64,000 nucleotides of DNA from Macrostomum lignano. Lineage: Eukaryota. Position numbers and translations under genes: made by a program. The stretch covers positions 1 to 64,000 of the forward strand of contig NIVC01002284.1 of the NCBI GenBank assembly GCA_002269645.1. Reading direction: 5' to 3'. The notes under the pieces were generated by a model, which was given only the letters and a program-made list of their open reading frames with translations, made no database searches and was not told where the DNA came from. The number at the start of each line of letters is the position of its first letter. Within the stretch, counting starts at the first letter, position 1. Positions 36,649-49,487 of the stretch are shown here, in pieces.

Positions 36649-37718
36649 TTAGTAGCCCTGAGAGGAATCTCCAACTCCACGAACACCACCACAGTCTGCA
36701 GCAGTCTAACAACCAAGGACATACACATTTCTTAGGAGACATTTAAATTTTAAAGTACCTTATGCAAAACTTAATGTTAAAAGTTTCATGGTGTAACTAA
36801 TTTATTAGGATTGCATTGTAATCAGTTATTTATAAATTTTTCGCTTTTTTTACAAATACAAACCATCCCGCTGCCCGCATTGCCTTGGTTTGCTGCTGCT
36901 ACAGACTTATCCATACAGAGGACAGTGGTTTGAATCTCTCACTAAACTGTTATGGCTAAACGTAGCCTCTCCACTCTCGGGGTGCAGAGAAGGCTATAAA
37001 TAAAGTTATTCCAAAACACTGTACATTTGCTATGTAAAAAAAACATTCAGTCCTATCGCCTGACCCTTGGTCTGGCTCTGGGGGAATGAGTGAGTGAGTG
37101 GCACAAACAACAAAAAAAGCAGACAAACTTCACATGCTTACAGTTTCTTTTTCGGTTGAGTTACAGAGTTGAAACTTTACATTTAGATAGAGAATGGGTC
37201 AATGAAGAATTGTGTCAAGTTTGAAGTCAATCGCTTTATGTGGAGCAAACTTATGGCAGCTAAAAGTTAGTCAATTTTGAAACCCTTTTACATATCTGGG
37301 CCCAGATCGGGAAAGAAAGGCAGGCGGGTGGAGGTTGGGGTGGTTGCTATACTGAAAAAAAACAGCCTAATTTTAAAAGTGCACAGCACCACTCATGATT
37401 AACTTTGAGACTCAAAATTTTACATGATTGTGCCAAAATAGTTGAAAATTGTCTGTGTCAAATTTGAAGAGAATTGGTAAAAGTGGAGCAATGCTATGGA
37501 GGATTTAGGGAAAAAAATCGCGCATTTTGAGCAGTTTTTGTACTTTTAGGTAGGAAGACTTGAGTCTAGGAAATTTAAAGGTAGCCTAAGACATTCTACG
37601 TAGTAAGTTTAGGGTGGGTATAAAGTTTGGTGTAATTTGGTTGAGTGGTTTGGGAGTCCATAGCAATCAAAATTGTCCACACACAGACACACAGAGTTTT
37701 GATTTTTATATGTAGAGA
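36649..37718 (-). mobile_element. Probable non-autonomous Helitron/Helentron-type element; 3' end approximate
   Basis: The minus strand begins A|TCTCTACATATAAAAATC followed by (GT)-rich repeats, like the 21914 element. The 3' CTAA|T at 36649 is tentative. Confidence 0.45.
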
Positions 37719-38934
37719 TTTAGGTGATCATAGACTGATAGCTAGGTAGCTATTTAGCTTTGGTTTATAATCATTTAAAGTAGATAGCTATATATATATA
37801 TAGTCATATAGATGATTGTGAACTGAAAGTGAAAAGGGATTGACTAGGGCCTATAAAAATCTTAGTTTATTGCTAAGTTAGTCTATTAAATTATTCGAAA
37901 TTGGTAAACTTGAAGTTGCAAAATCAATTTCCATAGTTTGTCTAATACTACTAATCACCAAATTATTATATTGCTTTTGAACCATTTATAAATTGCAGCT
38001 TTATATTCAATTCCATATATTTTCTATTGGCACCTACAAGAAAGCAAAGCAATTTCTATAAAGAGGCATTTATAGCTAATGTGTCCTTATTTTTAACCTT
38101 TCTTACCTTTAGTATACAATCATTCACATATAGTTTTCCTATTTAAATAATCAACCAAGCTGGGTAGCTACCCAGCTTCAGTTTATAATCATCTGAAAAG
38201 GTGACAAACAATTAAAATGATCATTAATGAAAGCTGATATATATATATGATCTAAGTAGGTTGTTTCTAAGTTTTCTATACTTACCTCTGCTTTATCAAG
38301 CGGGTAACTAGTAGCTATGCCAACTATGTCCATGGGGTTTAGTTTTGATCCTTCAAAGAAAGACCACTTTATTATTAGTCACACGCTTTTCAAAAACCCC
38401 CAATAGAGATAATGCTGACTTCTTGCACCTAAAGACATCTATCTGACTTTTACAAGCCTCATTTTTGAGCCACAGGTAGGACATAGAATGGTGTTGGCCA
38501 ATAATCCCTCTAATTGCAAGAGGTTGATCCAATTCTCTTTATTAATGCATTTCCAGGCCATTGGAGACACCAAATCTGTGATGGCAATAAGTCTTTTTTG
38601 AGGAGAGAAAATTCCTGGCTTTCATTTTTACAACCCCCTTTTTAGATGCTTGCTTGGAATATGCCATTTTAATGTTTTTAATGATTTAATGTTTTCATGT
38701 TTTTAAATATTTTTAATGTTGAGATTCAGTAATTTGTATGGTGACCATAAACCAAAATCCAAATTTTGAAATGATTGTAAACCAAAGGAATGCTGAAATT
38801 TTGATCTTATTTGGGGCCTTGTATATTGATTTTTCTATTATATAAAATTTCAGTCTTATGAAGTTTTAATTTGATTCAAAATGATGTTTTGAATTGTGAA
38901 ATTTTGGTGTCCTTCCTTGTAGTACCTCTGATAA

Positions 38935-39671
38935 AGTGTAGCAGTTCCCATTGCTCATAAGTGACAGGAAAGTGTAGCAGTTCCCATTGCTCATAAGTGA
39001 CAGGAAAGTGTAGCAGTTCCCATTGCTCATAAGTGACAGGAAAGTGTAGCAGTTCTCATTGCTCATAAAAGCTACAGGAAAGTGTAGCAGTTCCCATTGC
39101 TCATAAAAGCTACAGGAAAGTGTAGCAGTTCCCATTGCTCATAAAAGCTACAGGAAAGTGTAGCAGTTCCCATTGCTCATAAAAGCTACAGGAAAGTGTA
39201 GCAGTTCCCATTGCTCATAAAAGCGACAGGAGAGTGAGCAGTTCCCATTGCTCATAAAAGCGACAGGAAAGTGTAGCAGTTCCCATTGCTCATAAAAGCC
39301 ACAGGAAAGTGTAGCAGTTCCCATTGCTCATAAAAGCTACAGGAAAGTGTAGCAGTTCCCATTGCTCATAAAAGCTACAGGAAAGTGTAGCAGTTCCCAT
39401 TGCTCATAAAAGCCACAGGAAAGTGTAGCAGTTCCCATTGCTCATAAAAGCTACAGGAAAGTGTAGCAGTTCCCATTGCTCATAAAAGCGACAGGAAAGT
39501 GTAGCAGTTCCCATTGCTCATAAAAGCGACAGGAAAGTGTAGCAGTTCCCATTGCTCATAAAAGCGACAGGAAAGTGTAGCAGTTCCCATTGCTCATAAA
39601 AGCTACAGGAAAGTGTAGCAGTTCCCATTGCTCATAAAAGCTACAGGAAAGTGTAGCAGTTCCCATTGCTC
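38935..39671. repeat. 36/38-bp minisatellite upstream of the DnaJ acceptor
   Basis: gaaagtgtagcagttcccattgctcataaaagctacag, about 19 copies. Confidence 0.97.
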
Positions 39672-39695
39672 AAATCTTTGCATGCAGAAGCAGCA

Positions 39696-41753
39696 ATGGC
39701 CAGCAGCGGCAGCAATGGGGGCGGCAAGCGGAAGGATTACTACGAGCTGCTGGGCGTGGAGAAGTCCGCCAGCGCAGCCGAAATCAAGAACGCCTACAGG
39801 AAGCTGGCCATCCGGCTTCATCCGGACAAAAACCCTGGCGACGCCGCCGCGGCCGAGAAGTTCAAGGAGGTGAGCATCGCCTACGCAGTGCTCAGCGACC
39901 CCAACAAGCGGCACCAGTACGACCGCGGCCGCCAGCTCGGCGAGGGCGCCAACCTCATGGATTTCGAAGGCGTCAACATGGATGAGGTGGGAGGCCTTGG
40001 CCGCGTGTTCGGCGCCCTGTTCAGCAGCCTGGGAGTGCCGATTCCCACCCAGATTGCGCCCAAGGTGCTGTCCCAGGCCTGCCAGCTCGTCACCGGCGAG
40101 ACGCCAGCCGACACCGTCGCCACTCTGGTGCCGGGAAGGTGCGATTGAATTGCTTGACAGCCTGCTTGGGCTTCCCGGATTTTATGGCTGACCTCCCTGT
40201 CAGATCTCTTGGCTGACCTCACTGTCAGATCTGGCTGACCTCCCTGTCAGAGCAGATCCCCTGGCTGACCTCCCTCCCAGATCCTCTGGCTGACCTCCGT
40301 ACCAGATCCCCTGGCTGACCTCCCTGTTAGATCTCCTGACTGACCTCCCTGTCAGATCCCCTGGCTGACCTCCCTGTCAGATCCTCTGGCTGACCTCCCT
40401 CCCAAATCCTCTGGCTGACCTCTCAGGTCTGCACACTGGACCGCAATCCTGTAAACCCATGCCTGTCACTCATTCGTCAGCACTACTGCAAGTAGAGCTG
40501 GTAGTTTGTGCCCGCAATTTGAATTTCCAACCCGCCAACCAACAGGCAGGTGGAGGACCGCGTGGAGCGGCAGGCGGCCCGCTTCTACTGGCTCAATGTG
40601 GACGAGGCGGCCGCAGCCAGCGGGGTGCTGCTGCTGGCGCACAGCTCCTCCTCCTCCAAGTTCAAGCTGGTGCTGTTCGACAAGGAGGGCGGGGTGCGCA
40701 CCATCGAGGAGTCCTGCCGTAGCAGCGCCGGTCGGCCGTCCGGGACACACGCGGACATGTTCCTGGTGCCCTTCGACCGCATGCACCTCTCAGAGCTCTT
40801 CCCGCTGCGCTTCCTGCAGGTAACTTTGCCTTTGCTGCTCACGGCATCCTTTGCCTGACATCCATTTACCCTGACCCCCATTCACCCTGACCCCCATTCA
40901 CCCTAACCCCCATTCACCCTGACCCCCATTCACCCTAACCACCATTTACCCTGACCCCCATTCACCCTGACCCCATTTACCCTGACCCCCTTTCACACTG
41001 ACCCCCATTCACCCTGACCCCCATTCACCCTGACCCCCATTTACTCTGACCCACATTCACCACATGCCCACCCTGACCCCCATTCACCACATGCCCACCC
41101 TGACCCCCATTCACCACATGCCCACCTTGACCCCCATTCACCGCATCCTAACCTGACCCCCATTCACCGCATGCCCACCCTGACCCCCATTCACCGCATG
41201 CCCACCCTGACCCCTCTTCACCGCATGCCCACCCTGACCCCCATTCACTGCATCCCACCCTGACCCCCATTCACTGCATCCCACCCTGACCCCGGTTCCG
41301 CAGGAGGACAAGGACACGCCCATCAGCTTCTACCTGCTGCACATGTATGAGCCGGCGCACAGCATCTCCCTGAGCCCCGGCAAGCACCTGGTGTGCCTGT
41401 ACGGAGACAACTGGCTGCAGGACGTGAAGTACACCTTGCGCATGGTGGTGGGCGTGCCCTCAAACTGCCAGCAGGTGCAGCAGATCAAGTCAGTGGAGGC
41501 CAGCCTGCGAACCAAGAAGGACGAGCTGGCCAAGTTCAAGGACGAGTACATGGAGGCCGCCAGGCGCTACCAGGAGGCCTGCCAGCGGCTTGAGGAGGAG
41601 ACCAAGGAGGTGCAGGAGCTGATCAAGCAGCGGGAGGCCAGCTATCAGGAGTACATCGCGGCCGCCCAAGCCAAACACGGCCCCGTCACCAGCGTCAGCA
41701 ACTCGCCCAAGAAAACAGGACTGGGGGGACTTTTTGGCGACTTTTTCAAGTAG
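39696..41753 (+). CDS. DnaJ protein of the ARG1/ARL type (exons 39696-40138, 40546-40819, 41304-41753)
   Basis: J domain (DYYELLGV...HPDKN). Then SKFKLVLFD and [10 protein letters not shown] and a C-terminal coiled coil, as I recall them for plant ARG1 and nematode DNJ-16. GT-AG junctions keep the frame. Confidence 0.88.
40185..40425. repeat. ~24-bp minisatellite in DnaJ intron 1
   Basis: ggctgacctccctgtcagatc variants. Confidence 0.9.
40855..41295. repeat. 17-27 bp minisatellite in DnaJ intron 2
   Basis: ctgacccccattcacc variants. Confidence 0.92.
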
Positions 41754-41890
41754 TTATCGGGTGTCCAAGTGGTACTGGGAGCCTCTTGACTTTTTCAAGT
41801 AGTTATCGGGTTGTCCAAGTGGTACTGGGAGCCTCTTGATTTTTTCAAGTAGTTATCGGGTGTCCAAGTGGTACTGGGAGCCTCTTGATT
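41739..41890. repeat. 49-50 bp triplication that includes the DnaJ stop codon
   Basis: tttttcaagTAG recurs at 41751, 41800 and 41850. Confidence 0.9.
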
Positions 41891-42004
41891 TTGTACTTTC
41901 CATCCGCTGGGCCTCTGCCGTTCCAAGCTTGCATAAAGCTTTTGCAAAAGTAATATTCACTGCATAGAGAGTTTTATTTATAGCAGATTAAGATTTTTTA
42001 TGAC

Positions 42005-43215
42005 CACTGGGCTGGGTCATAGACACCACAGTTTTTGAGCATCGAGCTGGGTCATAGACACCAAAGTTTATTAGCATCGAGCTGGGTCATAGACACCAAA
42101 GTTTATTATCATCGAGCTGGGTCATAGACACCAAAGTTTATGAGCATCGAGCTGGGTCATAGACACCAAAGTTTATGAGCATCGAGCTGGGTCATAGACA
42201 CCAAAGTTTATTATCATCGAGCTGGGTCATAGACACCAAAGTTTATGAGCATCGAGCTGGGTCATAGACACCAAAGTTTATTATCATCGAGCTGGGTCAT
42301 AGACACCAAAGTTTATTATCATCGAGCTGGGTCATAGACACCAAAGTTTATGAGCATCGAGCTGGGTCATAGACACCAAAGTTTATGAGCATCGAGCTGG
42401 GTCATAGACACCAAAGTTTATTATCATCGAGCTGGGTCATAGACACCAAAGTTTATGAGCATCGAGCAAGTCATAGATACCAGTTTATTATCATCGAGCT
42501 GGGTCATAGACACCAAAGTTTATGAGCATCGAGCTGGGTCATAGACACCAAAGTTTATGAGCATCGAGCTGGGTCATAGACACCAAAGTTTATTATCATC
42601 GAGCTGGGTCATAGACACCAAAGTTTATGAGCATCGAGCAAGTCATAGATACCAGTTTATTATCATCGAGCTGGGTCATAGACACCAAAGTTTATGAGCA
42701 TCGAGCTGGGTCATAGACACCAAAGTTTATTATCATCGAGCTGGGTCATAGACACCAAAGTTTATTATCATCGAGCTGGGTCATAGACACCAAAGTTTAT
42801 GAGCATCGAGCAAGTCATAGATACCAGTTTATTATCATCGAGCTGGGTCATAGACACCAAAGTTTATGAGCATCGAGCTGGGTCATAGACACCAAAGTTT
42901 ATTATCATCGAGCTGGGTCATAGACACCAAAGTTTATTATCATCGAGCTGGGTCATAGACACCAAAGTTTATGAGCATCGAGCAAGTCATAGATACCAGT
43001 TTATTATCATCGAGCTGGGTCATAGACACCAAAGTTTATTAGCATCGAGCTGGGTCATAGACACCACAGTTTATGAGCATCGAGCTGGGTCATAGACACC
43101 AAAGTTTATTATCATCGAGCTGGGTCATAGACACCAAAGTTTATGAGCATCGAGCAAGTCATAGATACCAGTTTATTATCATCGAGCTGGGTCATAGACA
43201 CCAAAGTTTATGAGC
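42005..43215. repeat. 35-bp minisatellite with a 172-bp higher-order repeat
   Basis: A 32-bp variant recurs at 42464, 42636, 42808, 42980 and 43152. Confidence 0.97.
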
Positions 43216-43664
43216 ATAAGCCAGTGGAACTATGAGCTTCAATAAAACACCACCTTGAACCCAAAGTTACAAGGCAGGTAGGCGTCAGTCACTAGGATCT
43301 AGTCTTAATAATTTCCGGTAAGGAATATATAGATAAATTCTATATTAATCATATTATATTATCAATTTTGTTATTGGTGTTGTAATCCCACAGCAGATAC
43401 GCTACACATATAATCTTTCTAATGCGCATAATGTTCAGCAAACATTTACTTACAAGTTTATTAATGCTATTAAAGCGTTATTTGTTTATTGTGAATTAAC
43501 TATCAAGCACATTTCCAACTGCCTGTCTATTTTTGCTGCTTAGCTGACAATTCCCCACCTGCCCATTAGCCCTATTGATCTGCGCATTTTCTCTGTTTTG
43601 CCGCTCACATCTCACGGCACATCTCACGGATTTCAGGCCAAGAGCCTGAAATCCCTCTTGGGCG

Positions 43665-43835
43665 AGTAGTAGCTGGCAGTGACAGCATCCGTGATAGCCT
43701 ACTACTAGTAGCTGGCAGTGACAGCATCCGTGATAGTCTACTACTAGTAGCTGGCAGTGACAGCATCCGTGATAGTCTACTACTAGTAGCTGGCAGTGAC
43801 AGCATCCGTGATAGTCTACTTACTACTAGTAGCTG
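43665..43835. repeat. 39-bp tandem repeat (x4)
   Basis: tagtagctggcagtgacagcatccgtgatagtctactac. Confidence 0.92.
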
Positions 43836-44349
43836 GTAGAGGCATCGGAGGTCATCGGATTGGGTCAGAGGTCGCCGTTCCGCACATTTGCTGTCGGCGT
43901 GTTCATCTTTGCGGTTGCATAGCAGGCTTAGCAAACATATTTTGTCCTACGAATAGTTTTCCTCATTCGCAAATTGCACTCAGCCTATTAGATGTTCTTC
44001 CCTCGACTGTGTTATATTTGTCTTATATTTGTTATATCTGTGTTACGTAGACCAGTTTTCGTTCTCACAAGGTTTCCCAATTGCCTATAGTAGCGATTCC
44101 TGCATGAAATGCGTTGTGATTATTAAATCTGTTTAATTCGCTTTTAAGCCTATGAGGTTGTGTACACACTTCTGCTTGATGTCAACTATGCAGTCCGTTT
44201 CATGAACTGCTGTGTCTGGAATTCAATATTATAATTGAGTTAAATACATTCTTGCTTATCCAGAGATACTTAATGAGCTTTGCCTTGCTGTTTTGCCAAT
44301 GTAGGACCTCAGATTCCACTGCCTCTGATCATCTCAGTCACCCGCTCTG

Positions 44350-45290
44350 ACACCCCCACTACCCTCCCCTGACCGATTTCTCAATCCTACCACCCTCTCT
44401 GACCGATTTCTCAATCCTACCACCCTCTCTGACCGATTTATCAATCCTACCACCCTCTCTGACCGATTTATCAATCCTACCACCCTCTCTGACCGATTTA
44501 TCAATCCTACCACCCTCTCTGACCGATTTATCAATCCTACCACCCTCTCTGACCGATTTATCAATCCTACCACCCTCTCTGACCGATTTATCAATCCTAC
44601 CACCCTCTCTGACCGATTTCTCAATCCTACCACCCTCTCTGACCGATTTATCAATCCTACCACCCTCTCTGACCGATTTATCAATCCTACCACCCTGTCT
44701 GACCGATTTCTCAATCCTACCACCCTCTCTGACCGATTTATCAATCCTACCACCCTCTCTGACCGATTTATCAATCCTACCACCCTGTCTGACCGATTTC
44801 TCAATCCTACCACCCTCTCTGACCGATTTCTCAATCCTACCACCCTCTCTGACCGATTTCTCAATCCTACCACCCTCTCTGACCGATTTATCAATCCTAC
44901 CACCCTCTCTGACCGATTTATCAATCCTACCACCCTCTCTGACCGATTTATCAATCCTACCACCCTCTCTGACCGATTTATCAATCCTACCACCCTGTCT
45001 GACCGATTTCTCAATCCTACCACCCTCTCTGACCGATTTATCAATCCTACCACCCTCTCTGACCGATTTATCAATCCTACCACCCTCTCTGACCGATTTC
45101 TCAATCCTACCACCCTCTCTGACCGATTTCTCAATCCTACCACCCTCTCTGACCGATTTCTCAATCCTACCACCCTCTCTGACCGATTTTTTAATACTTC
45201 TACCCTCCCCTGACCGATTTCTCAATCCTACTCCCTCCCCTGACCGATTTCTTTATCACCCCCTGACACCCTACTACCCTCCCCTGACAT
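44350..45290. repeat. 30-bp minisatellite upstream of the BLOC1S6 exon
   Basis: tgaccgatttatcaatcctaccaccctctc, about 28 copies. Confidence 0.97.
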
Positions 45291-45371
45291 ATTGCTCGTT
45301 CGTCCCCTCTGACACCCTCACATAAACAATTTCCGCATCATCCGCCCTGACGCCCCACCGTGTCACCGCAG

Positions 45372-45851
45372 TCGGATCCTCAGCTCGCTGCCGACCCCGC
45401 TGAGGCGCCCTCACTGGAGGCCGCGGCGACTCCCGCCAGCATCGCCGCGCTGTCCGCCGGCGCCCTCGCCTTCCACCGGCCCAGCCTGGCTGCCCGCGAG
45501 GCGGCGCTAGCGGAGCTGCTCACCTGCCAGCAGTCGTTCCTGGAAAGCGTGCAGCACGAGCGGGCGCACCTGGCGGACTGCTCAGGCCTGCAGGAGATGG
45601 AGTGCCGGCTTGAGCAGGTGCGCGAGTACCAGCAGCGGCTGGCCCGGCTGCGCAAGGAGATGCACAGGCAGGCGGAGCGGCTGCAGCGGCTGAAGAAGCG
45701 GGCAATCCAGCTGCAGCAGGCCAAGCAGACCGAGCTGCTCAAGCGTCAGGCTGAGCGGGAGCGCGAGCTCGAGGCCGAGCGGCAGCTCATCGCCCGGCCT
45801 GCTGAGCCGCCGCCGGCTGCTCAGGCGGCCAAACCTTCGGGCTCCTCCTAG
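45372..45851 (+). CDS. BLOC1S6: BLOC-1 subunit 6 (pallidin); start exon not located
   Basis: LSAGALAFHRPSL...AELLTCQQSFLESVQHE and LKKRAIQLQQAKQTELLKRQAERERELEAERQLIARPA match pallidin; begins after an accgcag acceptor. Confidence 0.85.
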   Translation, partial: SDPQLAADPAEAPSLEAAATPASIAALSAGALAFHRPSLAAREAALAELLTCQQSFLESVQHERAHLADCSGLQEMECRLEQVREYQQRLARLRKEMHRQAERLQRLKKRAIQLQQAKQTELLKRQAERERELEAERQLIARPAEPPPAAQAAKPSGSS

Positions 45852-45989
45852 GAGCAGAAATTGCCAAGCAGACCTGCTAGTGAAGCTTCTTTGGCTCCGC
45901 TCTATGGAATGCCGCCGCCCGTCTCTTCCATCTTTTCCTGCTGTCAACTGCTCACTGTCAATCTTGGGGAAAGGGACTTGCTCAAGCCA

Positions 45990-47555
45990 GCAGTCTCAGA
46001 GGGAATTGCTCAGATGGCCAGCCAGCAGGCTCAGGGGGAATTGCTCAGATGGCCAATCAAGCAGGCTCAGGGGGAATTGCTCAGATGGCCAATCAAGCAG
46101 GCTCAGGGGGAATTGCTCAGATAGCCAATCAGCAGGCTCAGGGGGAATTGCTCAGATGGCCAGCCAACAGGCTCAGGGGGAATTGCTCAGATGGCCAGTC
46201 AGCAGGCTCAGGGGGAATTGCTCAGATGGCCAATCAAGCAGGCTCAGGGGGAATTGCTCAGATGGCCAATCAAGCAGGCTCACGGGGAATTGCTCAGATG
46301 GCCAATCAAGCAGGCTCAGGGGGAATTGCTCAGATGGCCAATCAAGCAGGCTCAGGGGGAATTGCTCAGATGGCAAATCAAGCAGGCTCACGGGGAATTG
46401 CTCAGATGGCCAATCAAGCAGGCTCAGGGGGAATTGCTCAGATGGCCAGTCAGCAGGCTCAGGGGGAATTGCTCACATGGCCAATCAAGCAGGCTCAGGG
46501 GGAATTGCTCAGATGGCCAGTCAGCAGGCTCAGGGGGAATTGCTCAGATGGCCAATCAAGCAGGCTCAGGGGAATTGCTCAGATGGCCAGTCAGCAGGCT
46601 CAGGGGGAATTGCTCAGATGGCCAGTCAGCAGGCTCAGGGGGAATTGCTCAGATGGCCAATCAAGCAGGCTCAGGGGGAATTGCTCAGATGGCCAATCAA
46701 GCAGGCTCACGGGGAATTGCTCAGATGGCCAATCAAGCAGGCTCAGGGGGAATTGCTCAGATGGCCAATCAAGCAGGCTCAGGGGGAATTGCTCAGATGG
46801 CAAATCAAGCAGGCTCACGGGGAATTGCTCAGATGGCCAATCAAGCAGGCTCAGGGGGAATTGCTCAGATGGCCAGTCAGCAGGCTCAGGGGGAATTGCT
46901 CACATGGCCAATCAAGCAGGCTCAGGGGGAATTGCTCAGATGGCCAGTCAGCAGGCTCAGGGGGAATTGCTCAGATGGCCAATCAAGCAGGCTCAGGGGG
47001 AATTGCTCAGATGGCCAGTCAGCAGGCTCAGGGGGAATTGCTCAGATGGCCAGTCAGCAGGCTCAGGGGGAATTGCTCAGATGGCCAATCAAGCAGGCTC
47101 AGGGGGAATTGCTCAGATGGCCAGTCAGCAGGCTCAGGGGGAATTGCTCAGATGGCCGATCAAGCAGGCTCAGGGGGAATTGCTCAGATGGCCAGTCAGC
47201 AGGCTCAGGGGGAATTGCTCAGATGGCCAGTCAGCAGGCTCAGGGGGAATTGCTCAGATGGCCAGTCAGCAGGCTCAGGGGGAATTGCTCAGATGGCCAG
47301 TCAGCAGGCTCAGGGGGAATTGCTCAGATGGCCAGTCAGCAGGCTCAGGGGGAATTGCTCAGATGGCCAGTCAGCAGGCTCAGGGGGAATTGCTCAGATG
47401 GCCAGTCAGCAGGCTCAGGGGGAATTGCTCAGATGGCCAGTCAGCAGGCTCAGGGGGAATTGCTCAGATGGCCAGTCAGCAGGCTCAGGGGGAATTGCTC
47501 AGATGGCCAGTCAGCAGGCTCAGGGGGAATTGCTCAGATGGCCAGTCAGCAGGCT
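45990..47555. repeat. 35/36-bp G-rich minisatellite downstream of BLOC1S6
   Basis: cagatggccagtcagcaggctcagggggaattgct, about 44 copies, with an internal 427-bp block duplication. Confidence 0.97.
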
Positions 47556-48012
47556 TCGGGTCCGATCTTTTCCCAGATCCCTACTTGTTTCTTAGAAATA
47601 GTATGCTTTATTAATTCCGCATCCTATAGATCCAATAGTTGCATGAGTATAACAAATCTCCATTTTGATTGATGGCATTATGTATAATGAATGCCAGTAA
47701 GAAGCAGGTGTCCAATAATATAACTTCTTCTGGTGTATGTTTGTGTTAGAAATCCAGAAACAAAATTGTGTAAATAAACGAGCCATACTACTTCCAGCTA
47801 CTTCAGTAGTATTTTATGATTCATTTTATTAAACGTTTCTTCCCTAAATTTTTTTTATTAATTTTCGTAGCTCGCTAGACAGTCCTGGCCAAGTCCTTTG
47901 GCTGGGAGGGCAGAGCTCTCCGCCGTGACCCCTGCTTTGATTCCGTGCACTAAATCGTGTGATTTCACACCCATGACACCCCCAAGACAGAGTGTACATG
48001 CCTGACGACTGG

Positions 48013-49030
48013 AAACAGTCCGTAAGTCCGCTGCTGAGTGCTCAGGCCAAGTTCCCCATATTAAACAGTCCGCAAGTCCGCTGCTGAGTGCTCAGGCCAA
48101 GTTCCCCATATTAAACAGTCCGCAAGTCCGCTGCTGAGTGCTCAGGCCAAGTTCCCCATATTAAACAGTCCGCAAGTCCGCTGCTGAGTGCTCAGGCCAA
48201 GTTCCCCATATTAAACAGTCCGCAAGTCCGCTGCTGAGTGCTCAGGCCAAGTTCCCCATATTAAACAGTACGCAAGTCCGCTGCTGAGTGCTCAGGCCAA
48301 GTTCCCCATATTAAACAGTCCGCAAGTCCGCTGCTGAGTGCTCAGGCCAAGTTCCCCATATTAAACAGTCCGTAAGTCCGCTGCTGAGTGCTCAGGCCAA
48401 GTTCCCCATATTAAACAGTCCGTAAGTCCGCTGCTGAGTGCTCAGGCCAAGTTCCCCATATTAAACAGTCCGCAAGTCCGCTGCTGAGTGCTCAGGCCAA
48501 GTTCCCCATATTAAACAGTCCGTAAGTCCGCTGCTGAGTGCTCAGGCCAAGTTCCCCATATTAAACAGTCCGCAAGTCCGCTGCTGAGTGCTCAGGCCAA
48601 GTTCCCCATATTAAACAGTCCGCAAGTCCGCTGCTGAGTGCTCAGGCCAAGTTCCCCATATTAAACAGTCCGCAAGTCCGCTGCTGAGTGCTCAGGCCAA
48701 GTTCCCCATATTAAACAGTCCGCAAGTCCGCTGCTGAGTGCTCAGGCCAAGTTCCCCATATTAAACAGTACGCAAGTCCGCTGCTGAGTGCTCAGGCCAA
48801 GTTCCCCATATTAAACAGTCCGCAAGTCCGCTGCTGAGTGCTCAGGCCAAGTTCCCCATATTAAACAGTCCGTAAGTCCGCTGCTGAGTGCTCAGGCCAA
48901 GTTCCCCATATTAAACAGTCCGTAAGTCCGCTGCTGAGTGCTCAGGCCAAGTTCCCCATATTAAACAGTCCGCAAGTCCGCTGCTGAGTGCTCAGGCCAA
49001 GTTCCCCATATTAAACAGTCCGCAAGTCCG
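48013..49030. repeat. 50-bp minisatellite (x20)
   Basis: aaacagtccgcaagtccgctgctgagtgctcaggccaagttccccatatt; variants recur 500 bp apart. Confidence 0.97.
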
Positions 49031-49487
49031 ATCCGGTGCTCAAGGTGGGATGCAGTTCCCCGTTCAAGTGCTCACCTTCATTCTCCATCCCACCGGATTA
49101 ACTTCTCCCCACCCTGTTTTGCTTTCTTTATTGCTGACATTGGGTGCACCTTGGAGCAGAGGGGGTCTTAAGCCGATCTCGATTTCTCCTTGAGATTATT
49201 AATCCGCTGGCGCTGCTCGGAGGCCTGATCTGCGCTTCTTCCTGCTACTAGAAGTCGGTCAGGCGGGTGTCAAATCACCGGGCTGGCTGGCTGATCCGGG
49301 AGTGCCCGGCTGCCTGCAATTTCATTACCGCGACTGTTTATTAGATTTTGTCGTTGCTGCGGCCTCGGGCTCTGCCTGCCTGCCTGCCGTGCAACTGTGT
49401 GCGATGGGGAGAACTTCTCTAGGCACTGCCGTGGCTTTGCGCACGGTTGGCCAGGTCTCTGATCCTGGACTTGGGCTAATTTTACTC

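Noticed and set aside
40426-40455. Possible extra micro-exon in DnaJ intron 1
   Set aside because: Joining exon 1 directly to 40546 aligns with the ARG1-type sequence without a gap, so no extra exon is needed.
44334-47672. Long ORFs (279-571 aa) in the ORF track; similar ones at 5.5-6.9, 15.5-15.9, 57.6-58.1, 58.6-59.5, 60.6-61.7 and 62.3-63.8 kb
   Set aside because: They are translations of minisatellites lacking stops in some frames, with no domain content.
48013-49030. CRISPR-like regular arrays (also 42005-43215 and 38935-39671)
   Set aside because: Units are head-to-tail with no unique spacers, there are no cas genes, and the context is eukaryotic.
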